DNA of 51,957 nucleotides, counting the filler, from Circinaria calcarea (lineage: Eukaryota), in assembly GCA_051942165.1 (NCBI GenBank). It is 3 parts of 3 records of this genome, joined end to end, with 100 filler letters (N's around TTAATTAATTAA, not from the genome) between each part and the next. Parts side by side here need not be neighbours in the genome. Positions count along the whole stretch, not along the records: positions 17,361 to 34,618 come from JAVECS010000279.1; positions 34,719 to 51,957 come from JAVECS010000280.1; 1 more part is not named here. One strand, 5' to 3'. A program made the position numbers and the translations under genes. Shown here one piece after another: positions 25,855 through 36,013 of this stretch. Position 1 is the first letter of the stretch. Every line of letters begins with the position of its first letter. The notes under the pieces were generated by a model, which made no database searches, had not been told where the DNA came from, and saw only the letters and a program-made list of their open reading frames with translations.

Positions 25855-27673
25855 AGGTGGGAGTGAAGGCGGAGTTGGGGGGAGGGAGAGGGCCAGGGAA
25901 AGGGAAAGGGAAAACTTGGTGGGTGGTACTATATTGGAGATTGGGGCGTTTTGGGGGCATTAGAACCGGAGTTTTGCGCATCGTAGCGTTTTGCAAGCTA
26001 CCTAACTACCTTCCCGCCAGGGCTTGGGGTAATAAGAAAAGTTGGCATATAAAGTATATACAATATTTGAATCCAATTCCCAGTTCCCAATTCCCATCAA
26101 AACAAATGGAAAAAAGTTTGCAGCTTTTAGTTTCTTCTCATGATTAAAATTTGAGGGAAATGGCATATCTCCTCGAGAAAAAACGCACCGAGACGTACGG
26201 TATTTCCCGAGGAGTCGGAGTCGGTTGGTCGTTTTGCTGTGAGTAAGGTATGAGATAACTTTGTTGGAGTGTAATAAAAAGCACTGGAATAGTGCAGAAA
26301 CTCTGAGAAATCGTTCCCGTGGTTTTCACTGAAGCCTTTGTTTACATACAAAGCTGGCAGTAGTGCACCACACTAACAACACTATTAGCGTAGTGTAAAT
26401 AAATGTGGAAATTTGTGGCTTGGGAGGAATTTAAATTACATCGATAAGACCCTGAAACTATTATAGGCTTTATTTAGTAATCTGTCGTGAAATTTATAGA
26501 AACACCACACCAGAATTCTTCGTGATGTTATTAATCCTGTAATTAATCCCCAACTTGAAATTCCCACTTGAATTTGTATAGGAGAGTTTATTTTCTTCAC
26601 GATTCATAGCATTCAGATCTACCATACGATATCAGAGGAACATTGCAGCAAGATTTCACCAATAGCAAGAGGGGGCACTATCTACACAGTATATGTGTGC
26701 ATTTTGGAGCTCACTACGCTATATCTATGAAAGTCTTGGCAGTGTACACTGCACTGTTGATACTATTGCCAGCGCTGTTTACACATTTGCTACTCCGCAT
26801 TGAATAGGCAATAATGAAATCCTTTTTTATCTTTCCATCCCTCCCATTTTCTGTATACCTCCGCACCACCAAACCCTCTTAACCACTCCGGAAATTAGAT
26901 AGATTATATTGAGTAATACGGAATCTGCATTTCCATCCGAGTCTCAATCTCGCACAAGGATTGTTTAGGTAGAGGGATAGGAATTTATATTTGAAGAAGT
27001 CATATCTAGATAACAGGCATTTGGAGAGGGTATAAGGATAGGTCTACGCCAGTGCTAATCTACGGCGGAGGCATGTGAAATATCTACTCTGTATAAATCA
27101 AGATTTGGTGCCCCTTGTCAGTAGTATTTGTCTGCACAGCGTATTTCGCACCTCGGCCCAAATGATCCCTCTCCGCCTCTTATCAAAACAAAGGCCCCTC
27201 AGACACTTGCTCGTTCCCTCCGCCCTTCACCCCTCCCTCACTCTCATGCTCATAAATGCTCCCGCTCGTTCCACCGCATCAGCATGCACCTTATTAACCT
27301 CCTCACCGGCTCTTCCCCTTCACTCTGTCTATTCCAGTCCATCCCTAATGCCGTTCGGCACGTACTAGCTTATTTCCGCACTCTATAATGCCGGTGCCCG
27401 TGCAGGGAGCGGGTTGTAAGTTGCAGGTTGTAGAGGTTGGAAAATGTATGTGAATTGAGGTAAGTCGGGAGGGCGAAGTGTTTGTGGAAACTCGGGAGCG
27501 GAGGTGTAACTAGTTAGTACCAACGAGAACTGGAACAGTTAAATCTTCCTCGTTCATAAATTCCATTACCTTGCCAAGCTCTGATGTAGCACTCCAGCCT
27601 TGGCGATAATATAGTCGTGGTTGAGGCTTATATCCGGTGACTGGTAGAGCTCATAGAACCGCTGAACGCTGAA

Positions 27674-28634
27674 CTACTCTGGTACGCGACCCTCTGGAGT
27701 GAGGTTTCCCTCAAATGGTGGGGGCTGCTGCCTTATGCTTGTTGCAGAGGAACCGAGCTTTGCTGTGATCTTTGGAAGCAATAGAGATAATTTCCGACGG
27801 GAAGGCACTGGACTGTCGGCGGTACTATTCTCGAAACTATCGGATGCTACGCTCTTCGACCGTTTACTTTGCTGTCTTGAGGGGCTGAAAGCAAGTGGGA
27901 CATCCCCAGACAGACTGTCCCAAAGGGACGGTCTTGCCTCTCCTGATTTGTTTATATATCCGCCCATAATGCTCTGAGTTTGTTCCAGTTCCCCAATGCT
28001 TGCGAGGGTGGAGGAAGTTGAGAACGACTTAGCAAGGTCCATATCTACATGCGCATCGCCTGAACTCATCTCCCCTTGGTAGTTTTGTGTGATGGTCTCT
28101 GGTGAAATGTCACCGAACTGGGGTTGTTTTTGACCCAAACTTTGCTTGCAAATATTTCCTACGACTTGTATATCCTCGCGCGCCACACCAAGGTCTGCCA
28201 ACTTCTGAGATATCTGATTCCATTCAGGTTCATCTTCAATCTTGGATCTTGTTGGAGATTCCAACGGGGGAGAGCCTTGGCGAGAACCAGTACTTCGTTC
28301 CTTAAGAAGGTCATTGAGCTTCGTTGCAAATTCTTGGACGGACGCACTGCTCGTGATGTCAGTAATTTATCTTGTGTATTGGGTAAAAAGATCGGTGTGG
28401 TATACTTTGTGATACAAGAGATGTAAATATTCCAACAGACTATCTGGACTTGGATACCCTTTCGGAAATCATCAGCATTCCTCGGGGACCACCGCAGCTT
28501 ATCCCGCTTTCGTTGGTCACTGCTTCCTCGGCCAGTTCTCCGAACTCGCGGGCCGAGTTGGTATACTTTGTATACGCTCTCGCCGCGAGTTGTATGACGA
28601 ATGCAAGGTCACTGGCACTGAAGCCGAAGCTCAT
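27674..28634 (-). pseudogene. Disrupted gene with a fungal HeLo-like / STAND-associated N-terminal helical domain (MSFGFSxxD type)
   Basis: Starts MSFGFSASDLAFVIQLA...FGELAEE and shifts frame near 28524 into SDQRKRDKLRWSPRNADDFRKGIQVQIVCWNIYISCIT. After a canonical intron (28405-28347) it continues ASVQEFATKLNDLLKE...EWNQISQKLADLGV. The family call is from remembered similarity, not a search. Confidence 0.6.
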
Positions 28635-28930
28635 CCTTGACAGGCCTTTTACTTCTTACACTTTCTTGTGAGGAGACAGTTGGGCATGGTGGCGGAGCTT
28701 TACCTCCACTTTGCAATGCTTTGTAGTGCACCTTACGGTGCGCCTCAAAATCCGCCTTAAAGACTGCCTATGCGGGGTTTGGTGTTACACGAAGGGCATA
28801 GAACTGCCAAGGCTACCGAGTACCTTAACCAGCCTTAATAACTTCCTGGTGCCTGGTCTTGCGCACAGCAAAATGACTCCGAACCGAAGCATCTCTATTG
28901 TTATCAAGTTTGATAAGTGTATTGCTCACC

Positions 28931-31485
28931 ATGACCGACGTATCGAGAGCCCCCCCCCAGGTTCGAGAGGTAGATGAGTAAGTCCTTGTTTGCATCTCGA
29001 GATTCCGAATCACGACCCCTGATGGAGACATACTAACCTCGGTTTGCCAGTATTGAAATGCAACCAACGGATCCAAGGTTGGGGTATGTGTAGCCATTGT
29101 GAAGTGGAGAACTCCTCTAGGTTGACACTACTTCCAAGAGTGCTGAAGTCTCAGCTTCCCAATACTGCCGCGATCAATGATAATGAGGATCAGACCAGGT
29201 ACGAAGCAGTATCAACAGGTAGCATAAACGCTTCGAGTGTATACTAATATCATTTACAGTATTCCCAACCCTCTTGCTTTGCTTACGCGTTCCGAGGTCC
29301 TCAAACAAGTTGAGGACTTTGTAGAAGAGAAAGGGCTGGAGAAGTACATGCGCCTTTTCAAGACGGCGGCACTCGTCGCGTATCAGCCCGCAGAATACAA
29401 GTTCATCAACGATCCCATAGCTAAAGGCGAATTCGATTACGTCTCACTCCGTCCATTGGAAGAAGAGGAGCTTGAGTATTTGAGGGATGAGGATGAGAAG
29501 AGATTTCGTCAACCTCGTGAACTATACTGGACAATAGTACAATGTTCCGTGGGTGCTGCTGTTCAGTATGTTTGTTCGATGACTCGTACTTGGCATTGCA
29601 TTGATATAGCTGTAGGGGCTGGGATCAGACGGTAACGAACGGTGCCAATATTTTCTTTCCAGCAGCTCTTGGTATACCCATTACGGATTCTCGATATCCA
29701 GACCGCAATGCCTGGTTAGTTGGACTTATCAATGCAGCTCCATACTTTTCTTCTGCACTTCTGTAAGCATCTCTCCTGCTAAGCAGAATTAAAAGGCTAA
29801 AAACAGCGGTAGGGGATGCTGGCTTTCTGATCCCCTTAACTTCTATCTTGGTCGCCGCGGAACGATATTTCTGGCAGCAATTTTTTGCTTAGTACCCGTC
29901 CTTGGCTCGGCGTTTGTTCATACCTGGGAACAGCTTCTTATATGCCGTCTCATACTCGGGATCGGAATGGGCGCCAAAGCAACTACCGTACCAATTTTCG
30001 CCGCCGAAAATGCTCCGGCGTCCATTCGAGGCGCTCTCGTAATGTGCTGGCAAATGTGGGTGGCATTTGGGATTTTTCTGTATGTTAACATCCCGCTTGT
30101 GCTATTATCGGTTCATCATCCCTAATCGTTGCCTTAACTAAGGGGGGTGTCCGCCAACCTTGTCGTATGGAATACTGGACCATTAGTATGGCGACTGCAA
30201 TTAGGATCTGCTGCCATACCCGCAATCCCTCTTCTCCTAGGCATTTACTTCTGTCCTGGTACGTCTCACTCTATTAGGATCTATAATCACTGATCTAGTT
30301 ATCAGAGTCCCCGCGATGGTACATGAAAAAGAACCAATACCGGAAGGCATTTGCATCTTTACGTCGATTACGCAATACCGATCTACAAGCTGCGCGAGAT
30401 TTGTTTTTCATCCATTCCACTCTCAAGCGGGAACTCAATAATCAGGAGGGCAGGGGCTACTTCGCTAGGCTCCTAAAGTTGTTTACGTTAAAGCGGAATC
30501 GGCCTGCTACCGTCGCTGCGTTTACAGTGATGATTGCTCAACAGATGTGTGGTAGTACGTTCCCATACTTACAACATGCGAGCAAGGCCCAAAGCTAATC
30601 TATAGTAGTCAATATTATCGCTTTCTATTCATCGACTGTGTTCAAAGACGCTGGTGCCAGTGATCGAGCCGCTTTATGGGGCTCTTGGGGTTTTGGCTTA
30701 ACCAACTTTCTGTATGTAACACAAGCAGCTAGAACCCCGAACTTACTAATCGAGCTTGAAGCTTTGCTATACCAGCTCTGTATACGATAGATTCGTGGGG
30801 TCGACGTACCCTGCTTCTCTTTACCTTTCCTATGATGGCTTGGACGCTACTTGCCGCCGGATTCTGCTCCCTCATCGATTCCAAAACCACCCATACTGTA
30901 CTTGTTGGCTTGTTCGTGTACCTCTTTACGGCTTTCTATTCCACAGGCGAAGGTCCTGTTCCTTTCACTTATTCGGCGGAAGTATTTCCTCTTAGCCATC
31001 GTGGTTAGTCTATCCTTGTTCTCTGGAGAATAATACATTAACAGGATTGTTAGAGCTTGGAATGGGATTTGCTGTAGCAACTAATCTATTCTGGGCGGGA
31101 GTTCTATCTGTGACCTTTCCCAGGATGCTTGCTGTAATGGGAGCAGTTGGGGCTTTCGGCTTTTATACGTGAGTCCGCTTTAGCACCTAGATATTGGTAC
31201 TCCTTGCTAATTGAATTGAAATTAGGGGTCTTAACCTTTTAGCCCTTGTTATGATATTTTTATTCATGCCAGAGACTAAGCAACATACCCTCGAAAACCT
31301 GGATCATATATGTAAGCATGGCAAGACGCACTATATAACGTTATCGTATTAATAATCATATAGTCGAGACATCAGCAATAAAGTTCGCCCACTATCAGAT
31401 TACTGAAACTGTTCCATATATCGTCAAACGCTGCGTTAATCACAAAGCCAGAAATATTAGAAAAAAGTTATACGCGTTTTCCTAA
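28931..31485 (+). CDS. MFS sugar-porter family transporter (myo-inositol/polyol transporter-like), 13 exons
   Basis: Twelve introns (donors at about 28978, 29084, 29199, 29566, 29763, 30080, 30259, 30555, 30712, 31004, 31169, 31312) give an intact frame. Motifs [60 protein letters not shown] and PETK. Confidence 0.92.
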
Positions 31486-32940
31486 AAGATTATAGTGTGA
31501 AGGAAATATGTGAGGCCGTGGAGTACTTTACTTGAAAAGTATCTAGAGCTAAGGTATGTGGTAATGTGAGGCACGAGTAGTACGATGGCTATACGCAGTG
31601 TATGCGAGAACTAATCATTACAGAAAAGAAGTGTGCGAGTGAAAGGTTTTCCCTATACGCCAAGACGCCAACTAAACGAGGTATCGCCACCCTCTAACCG
31701 CAGAGCCTGACATATAGCGGTTAGGATAGATGGGGAAGATGAGATAATTGCTATTGAAGTCGAGTTTTGAATTGCCTCCCCCGCCCATGCTGGAGCCGCA
31801 ATTTTACTTGCGTTGCAATACTAGTCCAAAGGGTAAACTGGCTGACCTCACGTCGCACTACTCAAGAAAACGCTTCCGATGATTGCCTTTTCAAACTTGG
31901 CTTCATATATGTTAGCCAACAGTATCCAGGTTTTATTGAAGATCCGTCTAGATTAAGATCCGGTTGATACGTGAGATCGAATTTGATTGAAGGATAATGG
32001 GCCTGGCGAAGCATGTTACGAGTAATGGACAAGTGCATCTTGTTAGGGAGGTGGTTTTGAGTCTTTTGGATTGGGAACGGCCGGACGATTATGGTTCAGG
32101 AGAGGACAGGTCAGTAGTTGTGAAGATAAAGTTTTCTGTATTCCCGGGTTTCTCAAAAACTTAACAATGTTGATTAGAGGGAGAAAGAGATGGTGAGCGT
32201 AGAGGAGAGAATATGAGACAGCTTTAATGCAAGAATAGTGTGCATATTGTAACTTATCATGACTGATATTCTGTCGATATGAAAATGTCCTATATGGTCC
32301 AAACGTAATACTCGTTGGTTATGCTTGAACGACGGGGTCAACCTTTGGAAATAGACCGGGATTAGAAATAAATCTATTACCTATCCCTATCTGGTGTCGT
32401 GGTCGATATTCATCTCTCCGCCGCGATATTCGCTGATCAATCCTCTCCCAGCCCTGAACCTTGGCTGTTTTTTCCTATGCCATGCCCTCCGCACTTGTTC
32501 TGTTGTCAATCTCGGCCAAGGGATAGTGATGCTTAGAGGACGATGAAGCCGACAAATCACCGATGACAATCCATAGGGCTAGTACTCCGTAACTCAAAAA
32601 AGGTCGAGGGATTGGCAGGATGGACAAGGCCGGAAATATTTAGGAGACGAAGGAGTAGAAAAGATGAAGACTAGCATTTCACTGAAATAGAAATTCATGA
32701 GATCCTTCAAATCCAGCGAATGAGGCCAAACTTGGTAGTGGAAAAACAATAATGTGGCAGGGGGGTTGCCAGCAGGATCCGAAGGGTCTGAACCCGCCAA
32801 CGGCAGCAAGGGAGAATGAGGCACAGCGAAGGAAGGTCGAACGCGTAACATCAAGCGGCATGCAACATCAGTATCGTTATCAATAATCACTCACCCTACC
32901 ACTAAGTAAAACGTGGAAAAGAGCACGTGGTCATTAGGGA

Positions 32941-33514
32941 TCAGAATCCTTCTTCGAATCCTTCATCCTCCATTGTCTCAGCCCCATCCGCATCCCCAAT
33001 CTGCACTCCATACAGGACCTTTTTATCTCGGAGCCTTGTAGGCCTCACTGAAACACAGCCCCCCTGTGAAAGTCATTCGTTCATCACTCGGCAAGACAGT
33101 ATGTATCTACATCCCACCTACACAACCCGCAAAAAACAACCCTCCCAACTTAAACTCTGGTAACCCTCCTACCATAAATAACGCAACCGCGCAAAAAACC
33201 TCTCTCTTTGAGTAACCGTTTTGCGTTCCCACAGCCTTGTTTTGAACTAGGGCTTACGGCCAACCATTCCATTCCATTCCGTGTCCCGCATGGGAAATAC
33301 CGGGTCAAGTATCTTCATGCGGTTGCTACGGCCGCGCCAAAGGGGGGGGGGGAGGCGCACAGGGGGAAATCCCGGCCCCTGCCCGTTGGCCGAAATTGGT
33401 CGGATCTAAAAGATAAAGAAAGCGGTCGGAAGAAAAGTCCAAAATTGTGCGAGGGGGGCTGGGAGGCTGGGGGGGGATGACGGTGGTGGCTATGTGCATT
33501 TGATGTGTGAGCAT
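32941..33514 (-). other. Cryptic small gene: Pro-rich ORF1 (33514-33326) followed by a +1 frame broken by 3 TAG and 1 TGA, ending GGCVSVRPTRLRDKKVLYGVQIGDADGAETMEDEGFEEGF
   Basis: Manual translation. Both termini resemble small hypothetical Pezizomycotina proteins as I recall them (unverified). Gene structure is unresolved. Confidence 0.55.
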
Positions 33515-34075
33515 TGACTATGAAATTCCCGAGTCGGTGAGATGGAATGTGGACGCCATTTGGTGTGAATGGGGAATGAGGGTCCCTGCATCATGTTGGG
33601 TTGGGTGGTCGGCCCGAGCGAGTATCTTTTTGTATGCGAGTGGAAAGGTGTGCAGGGAAGGGGGCGTTTTTGGTGACGGTCGGGGCTTGCATGAATGGAG
33701 AGCGATGGGGTGGGTTTTGATTCAGATGAGATCTGGCGTGAGATCTGTTTGAAAGATAGATTAACTGCGCGATGGAGGGAGAAACTGGGTTGGAAGGAGA
33801 GTTTGGACGCAATACATGCAGGTGGGGATTTCGCTGCCGGACGGGACGACGGCTTGAAGAGAAGGGTCTGTGTCGAGATGACCCTTGATTAAGGTAGGGC
33901 TGTTATTCTATGTGAACTAAATAATTGGTCAAAGGAGACGTCAGACAAAGGGTGGAAAAAGGTAAAATTAATTGGATATTATGTGATTAGTGCTAGGTCG
34001 CTATATATGAAGGGCCTTCTATATATTCGCCCATGTCCCATTGTTCCTTCATTACGGTCGTAAAAAGAAATGCCC

Positions 34076-34618
34076 TTAGAGAATCCATGCTGCCAGTATG
34101 ATGGCAAGCACCCCCGATCCCCAAAGTACCCATGAACTTCCCAAATCCCCATTCAGCGTCGTCCCATGTCCAACAAAAGGCACGATAGTCACGTTTGGAC
34201 CTAAACCGCTTGGTAATGGGTATGTCGAATTTGCGGCTATAATGACCGTGGCCGACGATATCGTGGCCGTCGTGGTTGAGCTGTCTGCAACAATGACGAC
34301 TGTCTGAACAGCGATTGCGGTCGTTAGAGCGGCTGAGACTACGGAACCTGGGCCCGGAGTAACGCCCTGCAATACAGAAAAGCTAAGTGAGCTGGATGAC
34401 TGCAAAATAAGTGGCTCCGGTATTGATGACGAAAGAGAAGAGGAAATTGCTGAGTTCGACGAGGATGGGGAGATTGAAGAGGAAACTGTTGGATTCGAAG
34501 ACGAAGGAGAAATTGAAGATGAGCTCGGACTGGTAGGATTCGAAGAAGGAGAAGACGGAGAGAGGACGGAAGTAGGCAGTGATCGAGAGCTTACAGGTGG
34601 AACAATCGACGCAAGGGG
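34076..34618 (-). CDS. C-terminal part of a Ser-rich, probably GPI-anchored cell-wall protein; N-terminus lost in the gap
   Basis: Frame is open from the gap edge to the stop. SSSISPSSSN repeats, then VPFVGHG and a hydrophobic tail WVLWGSGVLAIILAAWIL. Confidence 0.75.
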   Translation of the reverse strand, partial: PLASIVPPVSSRSLPTSVLSPSSPSSNPTSPSSSSISPSSSNPTVSSSISPSSSNSAISSSLSSSIPEPLILQSSSSLSFSVLQGVTPGPGSVVSAALTTAIAVQTVVIVADSSTTTATISSATVIIAANSTYPLPSGLGPNVTIVPFVGHGTTLNGDLGSSWVLWGSGVLAIILAAWIL

Positions 34619-34718
34619 NNNNNNNNNNNNNNNNNNNNNNNNNNNNNNNNNNNNNNNNNNNNTTAATTAATTAANNNNNNNNNNNNNNNNNNNNNNNNNN
34701 NNNNNNNNNNNNNNNNNN
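34619..34718. other. Artificial scaffold linker N44-TTAATTAATTAA-N44
   Basis: Same structure as 17261-17360. Confidence 0.97.
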
Positions 34719-34754
34719 GGGGTAAGGTATACATCACATAAAGCCCCCCCAGCT

Positions 34755-35254
34755 ACGGTAACGGTAACGGTAACGGTACTTGAAGCAAAAAATATAAAAA
34801 ATTGGATAAGCTAAAATAGGATGGGGATGGGGATGGGGATGGGATTGGGATAAAGAGAGGTAAAATGCTCTGTGATTTTTCATTATGAACGTTCCCTTAG
34901 CTTACGGGGGTTTCCTAGTTTCTTAGGTAACTACTCCGTAACCCCCCCCCCCGAAGTTATGTCAGCACCAAAAGCACATTCATTCGGTTAATTTGGTAAG
35001 TAAATCTATGTACCCTAATCTTCTTCATGAAACTTGGCTATCCATGAATTTTGCCCATTTTTGTTTAAAAATTTGTATTTTTGTAAAAATGTTACGGTTA
35101 TCGTGGGTCGTGGATCGTGGGTCGTGTATCGTGGCGGAGTGAGTTAGTTGAGTTACTCGGTCCGGGACGTGGAAACGTGGAAACTTTATGGACAAAGAAG
35201 ATACATACGTGCATACATCTCTCTGTTACTCTACCGTTCTCTCTCTCTCTCTCT
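34755..35254. repeat. Cluster of simple repeats: (ACGGTA)4 34755-34778, (GGATGG)4 34819-34842, TCGTGGN-like 7-mer x5 35101-35135, (CT)8 35239-35254
   Basis: Read directly from the sequence. Confidence 0.85.
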
Positions 35255-36013
35255 CCTTCTTTTCTTATATTCTCCTTCCTCCTCTCCTACGCCAATCTCC
35301 CCGGGAATTTGGATTTTTTTCCGGGTTCTCGGTCAAGTTTAAGGGGGGTTTGCTGGATTCAAGGGGTTTTTTATGGTACCGTATGTATCTCGGCACTTCT
35401 TATCTACTCCCAGAGCCTTTGCTTTTTATTATGATTTTAGTTATGCAAATGCCCCCTTCACCCACCCCCCTCGATGTAAAAGAAACGCAACGAAAGGCAA
35501 AGAAAAAAAAGAAAACGAGATCTCTCCGAACAAGCAAGGAGTGAGAGAGTAAAAGCATCTGATTTGAGGAAATTCCCTAGGGAGGCTATTTTACACGGCT
35601 CGTAACAAGATTCTCGCCTAGTAATAATATTTTTCTCTGTACAATGCCTGCACAAGTGACATATACCCGACCAACTCATTCCCCAGCAGCCGTCATCTTG
35701 AGGTCTTTTCAACTACTCTTTCGGAAAGATATGGCTATTTGCCGAGTCATTGGATCGACAAGGACCTTATGCAGATGAGTTGGCAGTGGTAACCCTGCTC
35801 CACGTGCTTCTGACTTTTAAAAGAGGCATTCCCGGCAATAGAAGTCAATTTCTGCATCGCTCATCTTTGAGGCTTGGGAAATTGACCGAGGACAGGTGAT
35901 GTCGGATCAACGACGTGTTGGTCAAAGTTATCCACTTCAATGAGGTAGACGGGTAACTATCTACAATCGACAGAGGGGATCAAAATAATCTTTCCGGACC
36001 GGAGAAACGTTGG

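Noticed and set aside
33183..33326. 8-bp inverted repeat GCAACCGC/GCGGTTGC in the cryptic locus
   Set aside because: Expected by chance at this length; would need folding and covariation analysis before it counts.
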